This document shows positions 9,256 to 18,538 of a stretch of DNA of 64,000 bases, piece by piece (positions within the stretch are counted from its first letter, which is position 1; every line of letters starts with the position of its first letter). Origin of the DNA: Candidatus Acidiferrales bacterium. Its GTDB lineage: Bacteria > Acidobacteriota > Terriglobia > Acidiferrales > UBA7541. The notes beneath the pieces were generated by a model. It ran no database searches, was not told the origin of the DNA, and saw nothing but the letters and a program-made list of their open reading frames with translations. The stretch spans positions 635,004-699,003 of the forward strand of contig CAVRSA010000009.1 of NCBI GenBank assembly GCA_963723725.1. Reading direction: 5' to 3'. Position numbers and translations under genes: made by a program.

Positions 9256-11898
9256 TTAGTGTGAGAGTTTGATGGTGACGGGCTGGATGTTGAAGCCGTT
9301 TACTTGAAGGACCGCTTCCTTGCGGTCGTAATCGCCTGAATCAAAAGTGGCGGACAGGGACCTTTCTTCACCGGGCAAGAGGGAGAAGTAGTTGTCGTCC
9401 CAGAAGATGGGAACGATATCGTCGTTATCTCTTGAGTCTGCCAGCCGGAGGTGGACCTGGAACGCGATTGTCGAGGAAGGATTCTTAATCCTTAGGCGCA
9501 GATTATCCTTGCCGGCCTCCACCTTTGTTTCGAGTTTCACTTCTTGCAGGGTGTTCAAGCCCGTGAGATCGCCGAATTCTTTTTGCGGAGTATAGACGGT
9601 GTCTTTCTTGTTGGCCCAGTCCATGGTGTCGGGCTTTGTGGAGAGCCAATAGAAATTGTCACTGACCGGAAATCCGCCGCCGTCACGTAGTTCGAGCTTG
9701 AGGAAATAGGTTGTCGAGAGATTCGCCGGCCTCGGCAGATCGAGCGCTTTCACCGCAGAGTCGGCATCAATGTCAAGACTTGCGTCTTGCTGGGCTACCT
9801 GGCGGGAATCAACGTTAAAGAGGCGCGCGCTTACCTTCAGACCCTTGATCGGGGCATACGTACCGTTGACGACGGAAACAGAATTCGACGTGTAATCGTA
9901 TTGCACGTGGACAATTTCCTGGGCTTTTTTGGTGCCGAAGTAGCCGCCGCCAGGAACTAGATAATAGTCATAAAGATGCCAGATAATACTCGGCCATGCA
10001 TTGTTCAGCATCCACTGGATGACACCGGTTGCTACATATTTGTTACGTCCGTAGGCTTCAAACATGGCTCGTTCGTTGTCATAGGCAGAAGCCTGCGCCT
10101 TGCGCTCGTAGTCATCGAAAGAAGTGGCAGTGCCGTAGCGGCGGTTGAGACCGTCCGTAAACACGTCGACTGTGGTGAAGCGTTCGCCGCCCGCGTGGAA
10201 GTTCCAGTATTCACCGATAGGCCAGAGATGATCAGCCGGAATAAATTTGGCTAGACTCTCTTTTGTGGGGATTGCCGGACCTGGGCTGGTTTCAGTGTTG
10301 TAGCCAAACGCCCCGCCTGCCTGCGTGTCTGCGAGCCAATATACAGGGGGAACATACTCATAGGGTCCTGTCATCTTCACACCAGACGGACCCGTCACTT
10401 TCGTCGCCGTCTCAGAAGCCGAGGAAACCGACGGATTGGGCCATCGCAGATCCTTGAGGATGGCAAGGTACATGTTTTCAATATCGGGCGGAGGCGGGTT
10501 ATCGCTGCCATAGAGCCAGACAAAGACGCTTGGATGCGTGCGAAGCCGAGTGATCTGGTCGGTCAGAGAAGCAGCGGCAATCTTCTTGGTTTCGGCGGTC
10601 CAGTCGTCCCAGTGTTCCCACATATCGCAGCAAATAAATCCGGGCATGACAAGAATGCCAAGGCGGTCGGTTGCATCGAAAAATTCCTGACGGTCGATCT
10701 TTCCTTCCAGGCGAATCGTATTGAGCCCCATGTGGCGAACATACGCCAGATCAGTACCCACGCGTTTGGAGTTCCATCGAAGGAGCATGTCTGGAGTCCA
10801 TGCCGCGCCGCGGATCAGTACTTTGCGGCCATTCACTTTAAACAGTCTTCCTCCCTGGGCCGTAAGTTCAGAGCTGACTTCGCGTATGCCGAATTTGATG
10901 GTCGATGCATCGGAAGTATCCTTGCCGACGTCGACCCGGAATTTCGCGCTGTAAAGGAAAGGGTCACCCATCTGGTAGGGCCACCAAAGCTGCGGATGTG
11001 AAACTCTTAATTTTGGAAATTGATCGGGCGAGAACATGACTGTCTTGGCTTCTCCGGGCGCCAACTGGACTGCCTGGGAATAGTGATCGCCCTCGAAATC
11101 CGCATGAAAGGTGGCTTGGACGACGTGATTGGTGGTGTTACGAAGTTCCGCGGAAAGCGTGAGCTCCGCGGAAGCATAATTGTCACTGAGCTTGGACGTG
11201 GCGAACGGCGCGCGCAGGGCGACTTCCCCGCTTTCAGATAGAAATACTTCACGCCAGATTCCCATATCCTTGTCTGGCGGCGTGGGGTTCCAATCGACCC
11301 AGGTGAGGCCAAGATCGTTTTTTTCAGGAGCGAAAATCTCCACGGCAAGGGCGTTTCTCGAATTGGCACCTGCACGGAGGAAGTTGGCGATTGGAAACTC
11401 GTAGGAACGGTAGGCTCCAGCAACCTCACTGCGGTCTGCGATCTTCTTGCCATTCAACCAGATGTTCGCGCGGTAGTTGATCCCGAGAAAATGGAGAAAC
11501 GTGGGTTTCGTCGAGGCGTTAGCCGGAGTTGCGAATTCAGTGCGAAACCAGAAGGAGCAGCGATAGGGACTATCCGGTGGCATTTCGCGATTTGAGAAGG
11601 GTTCCCCACCGCCAAGACTGACGCCAGGGAAACTCTTCAGATTCATGCCGAAATATGGATCCGGAAGGGACTTGTCCGCAACCAGGGCGGCCACGACCGT
11701 ACCGGGAACTTCAGCATCATGCCACTTCGATGCCACAAATCCCGGGCTGGAAATTGTTTCGCCAGAAGACTTATCGGTGCAGGACGATTGCATCTGCCAC
11801 TTGCCGTGGAGGGAGATAATAGAGGATGGTTCGGCGTAGCAGGGTGAAGCCACAATCAAGAGGGTGAACGTAATCGCGCGCAGATAGCTGAATTGCAT
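9256..11898 (-). CDS. Secreted glycoside hydrolase family 2 protein (beta-mannosidase / exo-beta-D-glucosaminidase-like)
   Basis: 880 aa with a signal peptide (MQFSYLRAITFTLLIVASPCYAEP). It has GH2-style N-terminal sugar-binding, Ig-like and TIM-barrel organisation (...NTIRLEGKIDRQEFFDATDRLGILVMPGF...). Substrate cannot be assigned from sequence alone. Confidence 0.75.
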   Translation of the reverse strand: MQFSYLRAITFTLLIVASPCYAEPSSIISLHGKWQMQSSCTDKSSGETISSPGFVASKWHDAEVPGTVVAALVADKSLPDPYFGMNLKSFPGVSLGGGEPFSNREMPPDSPYRCSFWFRTEFATPANASTKPTFLHFLGINYRANIWLNGKKIADRSEVAGAYRSYEFPIANFLRAGANSRNALAVEIFAPEKNDLGLTWVDWNPTPPDKDMGIWREVFLSESGEVALRAPFATSKLSDNYASAELTLSAELRNTTNHVVQATFHADFEGDHYSQAVQLAPGEAKTVMFSPDQFPKLRVSHPQLWWPYQMGDPFLYSAKFRVDVGKDTSDASTIKFGIREVSSELTAQGGRLFKVNGRKVLIRGAAWTPDMLLRWNSKRVGTDLAYVRHMGLNTIRLEGKIDRQEFFDATDRLGILVMPGFICCDMWEHWDDWTAETKKIAAASLTDQITRLRTHPSVFVWLYGSDNPPPPDIENMYLAILKDLRWPNPSVSSASETATKVTGPSGVKMTGPYEYVPPVYWLADTQAGGAFGYNTETSPGPAIPTKESLAKFIPADHLWPIGEYWNFHAGGERFTTVDVFTDGLNRRYGTATSFDDYERKAQASAYDNERAMFEAYGRNKYVATGVIQWMLNNAWPSIIWHLYDYYLVPGGGYFGTKKAQEIVHVQYDYTSNSVSVVNGTYAPIKGLKVSARLFNVDSRQVAQQDASLDIDADSAVKALDLPRPANLSTTYFLKLELRDGGGFPVSDNFYWLSTKPDTMDWANKKDTVYTPQKEFGDLTGLNTLQEVKLETKVEAGKDNLRLRIKNPSSTIAFQVHLRLADSRDNDDIVPIFWDDNYFSLLPGEERSLSATFDSGDYDRKEAVLQVNGFNIQPVTIKLSH

Positions 11899-11993
11899 GA
11901 AAACTCCTCAGGATGCCGTCGGTGCGAGTATATTAAACCGATTCAATAGGGCTTGCCAGTATTTTTGTGGGAGAGAGAGAGAAAAAAGCGGTC

Positions 11994-12377
11994 TCAGAAT
12001 GTGGACGAAGGAATTTCCGGATTCTGCGGTGTCCAATCCGACGGCGGGAACGCCACGTGCCAGAAATTAGAAGTGGGCGTGGAAAATTCGAGCCCGACCT
12101 CGCACTTGCCGTCGTGCTCGTCGTTAACGTAGGCGACGCGGCAGGATTGTTCCTCGCTGGTGTCGGGATTGCGAACGATCAGAGCCTGACCCACTCGAAC
12201 TTTCGTCACAAGATGAATGAGCCCCCCATGAGCGCTGACGACGGCCGTGTGCGTTTTTTCAGAAATGGGTTTTTTATCGTCACCGATGGCGATGACAAGA
12301 ATGGGCATGCGAAGCAAGACGCGCTGACTGCGGCGACGATTGCTCATGGGAGTGAGATTCGATGATAGAGATGGCAT
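11994..12377 (-). CDS. Single-domain PilZ protein (putative c-di-GMP receptor)
   Basis: 127 aa. The RxxxR motif is in NRRRSQRV, and a downstream (D/N)xSxxG-like motif is in AVVSAHGG. Confidence 0.65.
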   Translation of the reverse strand: MPSLSSNLTPMSNRRRSQRVLLRMPILVIAIGDDKKPISEKTHTAVVSAHGGLIHLVTKVRVGQALIVRNPDTSEEQSCRVAYVNDEHDGKCEVGLEFSTPTSNFWHVAFPPSDWTPQNPEIPSSTF

Positions 12378-12534
12378 CCGTCTCCAGTTCTGAGCGTGAG
12401 TTATTTATGTCAGCAGGGGTGTGACGAGTCAAGAGGCGGAAAGTACTAGTTGTTTCGTCGCCTTTTCGGGAGTTTGCAGGATGGAACAACGGAGTTGCCG
12501 GTTTCAAGGGGAGAAGCCCATAGCGCAGTTCGGT

Positions 12535-13236
12535 TTAGCGAGCTTCTGTTCCGTCTGACCAGCGTTGCACACCGATGGCGAACACCGTCAGCTGCTCTCG
12601 GGTGTCGATCATAGCGAGGATGGGAGAACCCGGCAGACCGGCTCCCCACGTTGCCGGGTCGATCTGCGAATTGAAAAACATGAGGTGGGAAGGCCAGTGT
12701 TTGACGCTGTCGCCGCCATATCCCTGCTTCGACATCATGTAGCACATCGCGCCGGTTTCCATCGGCGGTAGTTCGTTTCCTTCGACCGCGGCGACGATGG
12801 CTTCGTCGACCTGAACTTTGGTGCGTCCGGCCAGGATCAAGCCGGTTCTTTTGCGGTTGCGTAGAAGGTAGGACCGCGCGGCCGCCGCATTGTAACAGAT
12901 CGGGGTCCGTACTTTCGGATTCCAAAACTCAGCATCGGGTGCGGAAGTCCATGAACGTTCCACGATACACACGAAACCGTTTTTGCCCTTGACCGCCGTC
13001 TCGAAACCATGGCGTCCGAGAACCAGCACCTCTGCCTCGCGTGAAATGGACTCCGGTGCTGCGCTGCGCGCCAGGGCTATCTCCGCATCCTGATTCGACA
13101 TGAGGTATTGCTCGATCGGGGCCATGCTAGCATAAGGCGCCACGGCGTCCTGTGCCATCAATTGGTCCGCCGTACCAAGCGCAACAAGCAGTGCCAAGCC
13201 CTGGATTGTAATTCCGCAAACCTTCTGCTTCCGCAT
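12535..13236 (-). CDS. Hypothetical secreted protein
   Basis: 233 aa, ATG start, signal-peptide-like N-terminus (MRKQKVCGITIQGLALLVALGTADQLMAQ). I recognise no motif. Confidence 0.55.
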   Translation of the reverse strand: MRKQKVCGITIQGLALLVALGTADQLMAQDAVAPYASMAPIEQYLMSNQDAEIALARSAAPESISREAEVLVLGRHGFETAVKGKNGFVCIVERSWTSAPDAEFWNPKVRTPICYNAAAARSYLLRNRKRTGLILAGRTKVQVDEAIVAAVEGNELPPMETGAMCYMMSKQGYGGDSVKHWPSHLMFFNSQIDPATWGAGLPGSPILAMIDTREQLTVFAIGVQRWSDGTEAR

Positions 13237-13424
13237 GCGTTTCCTCCTGAAGATGGGCCCTTTTTCGCCAGACCGCCTTCAGCTTGCAGCGTTCTGTCGT
13301 AGTCGCAGCTCGCTTGCCTTCATCAGTTCTTTCAAATCCGCCGGTAATCGAATACTGAAGGCGCATCCGGTCGTCTGGACGGAGTGCCGCGCCTATTCGT
13401 TGATTCCTGCCTTGGTTCGGCTTT

Positions 13425-13784
13425 TTATTTCTTGGCTGGCGGTTTAAGGAGTAACGCTCGCACCTCGACCGGTGCCCGGCAGGCGACAGCAGCCTTGCGT
13501 CCCCACGCCAGCGCCTCATTTAGATCAGCGGCTTCGAGCACCCAAAAACCCCCTGTGTGCTCCTTGGTCTCGAGGTACGGCCCGTCGGTGATGAGCACCT
13601 CGCCATCGGGCTGCGCCCGCAGCGACTTCGCGCTGCTGGCCGGGGAAAGACCGGCAACGAAGACCCTGACACCGGCGGCCACCATCTCGCGGTTGAGTGT
13701 GTGGATATCGCGGTGCATCGCTTCATCCTCGAGCGACCCGTCGTATCCATCGGGGTGGTGAATAGCAACCAAATACTGCGCCAT
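13425..13784 (-). CDS. YciI/DGPF-family protein
   Basis: ORF 13425..13907. I prefer the internal ATG at 13784 because it is preceded by AGGAG (aggagaaatcaATG). The family signature is ...ITDGPYLETKEHTGGFWVLEAADLNEALAW.... Confidence 0.75.
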   Translation of the reverse strand: MAQYLVAIHHPDGYDGSLEDEAMHRDIHTLNREMVAAGVRVFVAGLSPASSAKSLRAQPDGEVLITDGPYLETKEHTGGFWVLEAADLNEALAWGRKAAVACRAPVEVRALLLKPPAKK

Positions 13785-14016
13785 TGATTTCTCCTTCATC
13801 CTGAAACGGTTTTCGGCCGGGCCCGTGGGCCTGCCTTCACGATATAGTCGAACGGCCCGACTGGAATTCGACAAATCATTCTGGAAAATTTCCATCCGCT
13901 GCTGCAATACCTACGTCATCGGGTTCTGGGAGCTCGGTTCATTGCCCGGGTCCTTCCACGAGAATACCAGTTGATCTCCACTAATCGGGTGTTAAGCGTG
14001 TCGCGGGCCCAGCGAG

Positions 14017-14056
14017 AAAAAAAATCCCCACCCTTCGTGAAATCAAGGGTGGGGAT
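14017..14056 (-). terminator. Rho-independent terminator downstream of the metallophosphoesterase gene
   Basis: On the minus strand, a 12-bp perfect stem (atccccaccctt / aagggtggggat) with a 9-nt loop is followed by a T8 run (A8 on the plus strand, 14017-14024). Confidence 0.7.
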
Positions 14057-14097
14057 TTGTACGGAACTGAGGTCAAAAGCAAACGCTAAAAGCGCAA

Positions 14098-15492
14098 CTA
14101 GTTGTGGTTTTGAGCCTGGTCGTTATCGTTTTGACCTTGGTTGTTACCGTCCTGCCATCCTCCCTCACCGTGGCCACCGTGGCAGGTGCCGACGCCGGTG
14201 TCGCTGAAAGGCCCTGCGCCATCTCCAGGCTTTTCGAGCGCCGTCTGGAAATTCCATGTGTAGCCGTTCGGGTTAAGCGTCAGAGCCATCGCGCCCCAGA
14301 AGTCCCCGCTTGCCGTCTCCATATTCTGTGCGTTGAAGTTCGGGTTGCCGCTGGGATCGGAGGTATTAGCTACACCTGTGTTGACAACCGTATCGAGCGT
14401 CTCGCCCCCGGTGCCCACGATAAACTCCCGGATGCCATTGCGTGGATCGTAATTCCCGGAAGGGCTAAGCGGGCGGTAGCGGGCGTAGAGGTGGTCGTGT
14501 CCGTTCAGCACCAGGTCGGCTCGATACAAGTAGAGCAGCTGCCAGAAGGCCTGCGCGGTAATGCCCTCCGTGGTAATGCTGTTCGCTCCGCTGAACGTGG
14601 GCTGATGCCAGTAGGCGAGTGTGCATGAGGCGTGATTCTCTTCGAGATCATTCTTCAGCCATGAGAGTTCGGCGGCCAGCCAGGTGCCGGGCGCGGTACT
14701 GCAACCGCCTGGCTGCGTCCCGCACTCGATATTGAGCGAGATAAGGTGCCAGGATCCCAGATTATAGGAATACCAGCCATTGCCAACACCGTTCGCAGGT
14801 CCTTTCGTCAAATCGAAGTGCCCGGCCTGTCCATCCGGTCGCGGCACGGGTTGCGGAATGGGCGTGGTAAGGCCCGGATAGTTACATATCGCGGCATTCG
14901 CCGGTGGGCAGGGGTCCGAGATCGTAGCCGTGATTGGGTTTCCGTTGGCATCGATCTGGAAACCGTTGTAGTAGGAGAAGTAGCCGTAGCCGGCCACGCC
15001 GGTCTGGCTGTGCTCATCATAAAACTCGTGGTTGCCGGGGGCCGGACGATGGAGGAATTTAAAACCGCCATACGTCAGATCGAACGATTGCTCGAAGTTC
15101 GAATATTCGCCGACTTGATACTGCAGATCTCCGACGAGCGCGACGAGGTCAGGCTGCATGGCCTCAATCTGATTGGCAGTGGCCTCCTGGGACTCCCACA
15201 GAGAGGTGCTGGTGTAGGGAGGCTTGGGGTTGTCGCAGACCTCATGCGCAGCTTCGCCTGGCGGCTCCACTTCGTCTGGCTGGCAGGCTACGTCGCCAAC
15301 CACCGCCAGTACGGGCGATTTGCCGGTCGGTGCGTATGGCCACGTATTGCCGTTAGAAGGTGGATTCCAGTTGCCGTTAGGGCTTTGATTCTGGGCCCGC
15401 GTTCCTCCTGCAAATGCCAGAGCCAAGGCAGCGGCGCCAACAAGCGCTGCTGCTTGGAACCTTTTCCCGTTCATTTTCATGCGATTCTCCAT
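14098..15492 (-). CDS. Secreted calcineurin-like metallophosphoesterase
   Basis: 464 aa with a signal peptide. Metallophosphoesterase motifs are GDVACQ, GDLQY, GNHEF and GHDHLY. The C-terminal tail is low-complexity and rich in G/N/Q/D/H. Confidence 0.8.
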   Translation of the reverse strand: MENRMKMNGKRFQAAALVGAAALALAFAGGTRAQNQSPNGNWNPPSNGNTWPYAPTGKSPVLAVVGDVACQPDEVEPPGEAAHEVCDNPKPPYTSTSLWESQEATANQIEAMQPDLVALVGDLQYQVGEYSNFEQSFDLTYGGFKFLHRPAPGNHEFYDEHSQTGVAGYGYFSYYNGFQIDANGNPITATISDPCPPANAAICNYPGLTTPIPQPVPRPDGQAGHFDLTKGPANGVGNGWYSYNLGSWHLISLNIECGTQPGGCSTAPGTWLAAELSWLKNDLEENHASCTLAYWHQPTFSGANSITTEGITAQAFWQLLYLYRADLVLNGHDHLYARYRPLSPSGNYDPRNGIREFIVGTGGETLDTVVNTGVANTSDPSGNPNFNAQNMETASGDFWGAMALTLNPNGYTWNFQTALEKPGDGAGPFSDTGVGTCHGGHGEGGWQDGNNQGQNDNDQAQNHN

Positions 15493-15693
15493 TTGGACCT
15501 GGCGTCTGTTTTTTTAAAAAGCGGTGATTTTTTATAGCTCTTCAATATTTCGCGAGTATCTCTTGCGTGTGAATGACTCGTTACGCAAATCACTTTGCGT
15601 CAACGGCAACGTTCCGCATGGAATTTGCCTTTTTGCTGAAGATTCATCTTGTTGCGTTTCTTAGACCGGCAAGATTTGCACGCGACGTTCTAC

Positions 15694-17223
15694 TCAGGCG
15701 TAGCGAAATAGCGCCATGAACCCGTAGTCCATGTGCTGTTGGATGTGGCAGTGAAAGAGGGTGAGGCCGGGCTGGTCGGCGATTAGGTCCACCGTGGCGC
15801 GTCCAAATGGGGGAACGATCACCGTGTCCTTCTTAATGCCGGCGGTCGGCTTGCCATTGAGCTCGACGAGCTCGAACAGGTGCCGGTGCATGTGCAGCGG
15901 GTGAGAATCATCGCTGCGATTGTGAAACACCAGGCGGTAGCGCCCTCCCTGCCGGAACACAAATTCACGTTCGTGCGGATAACCCTTGCCGTTGACCATC
16001 CAGTGATTGATCCCGTGTGGCCCGCCGGGCACTTTTTCAAAGACCATGTCGATGGTCTGGTCTGGCGCGGGATGCGGAGCGGACTTGCCAAAGATGGTGT
16101 AGTCCCAGTGTGCGTTCGGAGGCGGAAGCCAAATCGGACGCTGCTGCCGCTGATTAGCGTATTCGACCACGATACCCATGCCGGAGGTTCGCGCGATGTC
16201 GCGCGGCTCACCCAGAATCCAAACGCCCGGCTGGTTCATCTCGACGAACGCGTCCACGCGCTCGCCGGGTGCGATCTCAATCACGCTGACCAACTGTGGC
16301 GATGGCACGGGATTGCCGTCAAGAGCGATCACCTGAAACTTGTGGGCGGGAAGCGCCAGGCGATGAATTTGCGACGCGCTTGCATTCAGCAGGTGCATCA
16401 AGATGCGCTGACCCGACTGCACGCGGATCGGATCACCCGCTAGAAGCATTTTGTCGTTGATCGAGTAGAGGGGAGCGTTGACTTCGAGCCCGTTCGGCCT
16501 CGTGTCTGGAATGGCGGGCTTTTCGGGCATCGGATCGTTCGGGTCGGGTCGCCCTTCGTCCTCATCGGTCGGACTCAGAAAATATTGCCAATCTCGCAGC
16601 GCCAGAAATAGTTCTTGGTCATACCGACCTGCGTCATTTGCGGGATCGACCAGGAGAAAACCAAACTGACCGGTGTAGGAGCCCCGGTGGAGATCCATCA
16701 TCGCTGCGGCGTGCGAGTGGTACCATCGCGAGCCAGACGGTTTGGCCACGAACTGATAACGCCGCTGGCCGTGAGGCGGAACCGAAGGTGTGCCTTCTTC
16801 TTCCGCTCCATCCACCTCCGAGGGAACCAGCAAACCATGCCAATGCACATACTCCGGGACGTCGGTATCGTTCTTGACGTCAACGATGACCGACTGGCTC
16901 TCGCGCACTCGCACGAGTGGGCCAGGAACTTTGTCGTTGTAGCCAATCGTGCTAATGGCGACCTGCGGGGCCAACTCAACGATCGTGGGCGCGATCCGCA
17001 AACTGAAATCCGCCGCGCGCTCGTTGGCCGCCGGTTCCGACATCGCCATCTGCTGATGCTTTGACACCGGCGAGACCCGCGGGAATACCAGTGATTCCGC
17101 AAATGCCGGCTGCAGTGTCCTGACTCCCGTTCCGATTACAGTGGCCCAGCCAAACCGCAAAAAATCCCTTCGCTTCACCTGATGATCCTCATCCCGCCCC
17201 AGCGCCAGCTCGTGCGCTCTCAC
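15694..17223 (-). CDS. Multicopper oxidase (Tat-exported)
   Basis: 509 aa from a GTG start. The Tat motif is RRDFLRFG. Copper-binding motifs are HWHG, WYHSH, HPLHMHRH and HCHIQQHMDYGFM. Confidence 0.85.
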   Translation of the reverse strand: MRAHELALGRDEDHQVKRRDFLRFGWATVIGTGVRTLQPAFAESLVFPRVSPVSKHQQMAMSEPAANERAADFSLRIAPTIVELAPQVAISTIGYNDKVPGPLVRVRESQSVIVDVKNDTDVPEYVHWHGLLVPSEVDGAEEEGTPSVPPHGQRRYQFVAKPSGSRWYHSHAAAMMDLHRGSYTGQFGFLLVDPANDAGRYDQELFLALRDWQYFLSPTDEDEGRPDPNDPMPEKPAIPDTRPNGLEVNAPLYSINDKMLLAGDPIRVQSGQRILMHLLNASASQIHRLALPAHKFQVIALDGNPVPSPQLVSVIEIAPGERVDAFVEMNQPGVWILGEPRDIARTSGMGIVVEYANQRQQRPIWLPPPNAHWDYTIFGKSAPHPAPDQTIDMVFEKVPGGPHGINHWMVNGKGYPHEREFVFRQGGRYRLVFHNRSDDSHPLHMHRHLFELVELNGKPTAGIKKDTVIVPPFGRATVDLIADQPGLTLFHCHIQQHMDYGFMALFRYA

Positions 17224-17315
17224 AAAAATCCCCCGAGCTACCGAGGATGTCCGAATTTTAGTCGATTGCTGCGGCTCTTGACGTCCGGCACTGTAATCCT
17301 ACCCCGGAACAAAAT

Positions 17316-17600
17316 TCAAGCAACTTCCACTGTCCGGACCTCCTTCTCCGGCTTGCGCAGCGGATGTAGAGGTATGTTCAGCAACAGAATCTCTTGAGAG
17401 CCCTTGAGTCTTCGGAATTTCCTCTCTTCTTCGAAAGGTCCGATAGCAGTCGATCGCAACAGCTGGTTTCCGTCTCGCCAACGCCTTACGTTTCGCGCTA
17501 CCAGCTGCACCGCCGAAAAGGCACGATTCGATCGGGTTGGTGGTGGCCCTTTCAGTCGTGACGAGGCGCCTATAACCAACCGGTGCACGGCCAGTGTCTG
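17316..17600 (-). pseudogene. Possible C-terminal remnant of a DDE transposase
   Basis: The short frame encodes ...AFSAVQLVARNVRRWRDGNQLLRSTAIGPFEEERKFRRLKGSQEILLL.... From memory this matches a ...RNVxRWRDG...LRW.AAG.LEAE..FRR..G... tail seen in some IS transposases. I cannot assign the family. There is no catalytic region, no inverted repeats, and an upstream in-frame stop at 17601-17603. Confidence 0.3.
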
Positions 17601-17665
17601 TTACAGCCCTTCTCCCAGTCTCCGCGCAGCACGGATTGATCCTCTCGTTGCCGGACGCGAGCCTT

Positions 17666-18040
17666 TTAGTTCGCTAGGACGTGCAGGACGACAATCGCCA
17701 ATATGACGCCGGCAGACAGTGTCGTCGCGGCGATGAAAAGGAAGGACAAATGCGTACGAACAATCGCTAATAATTTCTGCGATGTAAACGGGCGAAAAAT
17801 GTCGCGATTGTAGCTGCGTCGCAACTCGGCGCACCCGCTGACAAGTACAATTAACGGCAGCCCCAACAACAGAAACCATAACGTCCACATTCGCTCCGCG
17901 TACCACATGACTAGCTGCTGAGCACTGCGAGCGGGTTCATATTGCAAGGGCTGGAGCTCGCGCAACACGAGCGCGGTCATAAACAGAACAGCGGGAAGGA
18001 TGAGGACCAGTTCGAGGAAGGCCATGATGCGAGAGCGCAT
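17666..18040 (-). CDS. Hypothetical small membrane protein (about 4 TM)
   Basis: 124 aa, ATG start, with four hydrophobic stretches. I recognise no motif. Confidence 0.5.
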   Translation of the reverse strand: MRSRIMAFLELVLILPAVLFMTALVLRELQPLQYEPARSAQQLVMWYAERMWTLWFLLLGLPLIVLVSGCAELRRSYNRDIFRPFTSQKLLAIVRTHLSFLFIAATTLSAGVILAIVVLHVLAN

Positions 18041-18301
18041 GTCACTTTATTCCATAAAGCACTCGGAGACGTCAAGTCCCCATGGGATTTTGAGAACGAT
18101 GCGGCCGTGTTATGAACTTTGCTACCGTAGCCAAAGCTGGCGTACCAACTGCCCACCTTAGAGTCCCCTGAAGCTTAGGTTTTGCGAAACAACTCTATTG
18201 GCCGGTCTTCCCTGCGGAAGGACCAGTTCAAAACAGAGCCTTGTCCTAAGCCCAATTCAGCAATATAAGGTTTTGCGCAGAGGAGATTAGCTAAGGTGAA
18301 G

Positions 18302-18389
18302 TGGTCCCGGAGGAGGGAGTCGAACCCACACGCCCGCGAAGGGCGGCAGATTTTGAGTCTGCTGCGTCTGCCAGTTCCGCCACTCCGGG
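18302..18389 (-). tRNA. tRNA-Leu (anticodon CAA), type II with long variable arm, CCA encoded
   Basis: Folded by hand. Acceptor CCCGGAG/CTCCGGG, U8, 3-bp D stem GCG/CGC with GG in the loop. Anticodon stem GCAGA/TCTGC, loop CTCAAAA. Variable stem-loop CGCCC-TTCGC-GGGCG, T-loop TTCGACT, discriminator A plus CCA. There is one U-U mismatch in the T stem. Confidence 0.9.
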
Positions 18390-18538
18390 AGAACTTCCCT
18401 AAAAATAGCACGGACAATAAGGTCGGGTAAAGTGGGCGCGGAGTATATGACAAGATCCGTATTCGGAACTAAGCACAGAACTCTGACGATCGATTGCTGC
18501 TTGTAGGGATAAGGGGGAGGCGATAAAGTTGCAACCGC

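Noticed and set aside
14098-17223. Copper-resistance operon around the multicopper oxidase.
   Set aside because: No CopB/PcoB, CusF/CopZ, P-type ATPase or CueR/CopRS-type regulator is adjacent. The neighbour is a secreted metallophosphoesterase with its own terminator.
17224-18538. Integrated genomic island or prophage at tRNA-Leu.
   Set aside because: There is no integrase and I noticed no duplicated tRNA 3' end within the window. Flanking genes are ordinary metabolic or transport genes. Only a short transposase-like remnant is visible.
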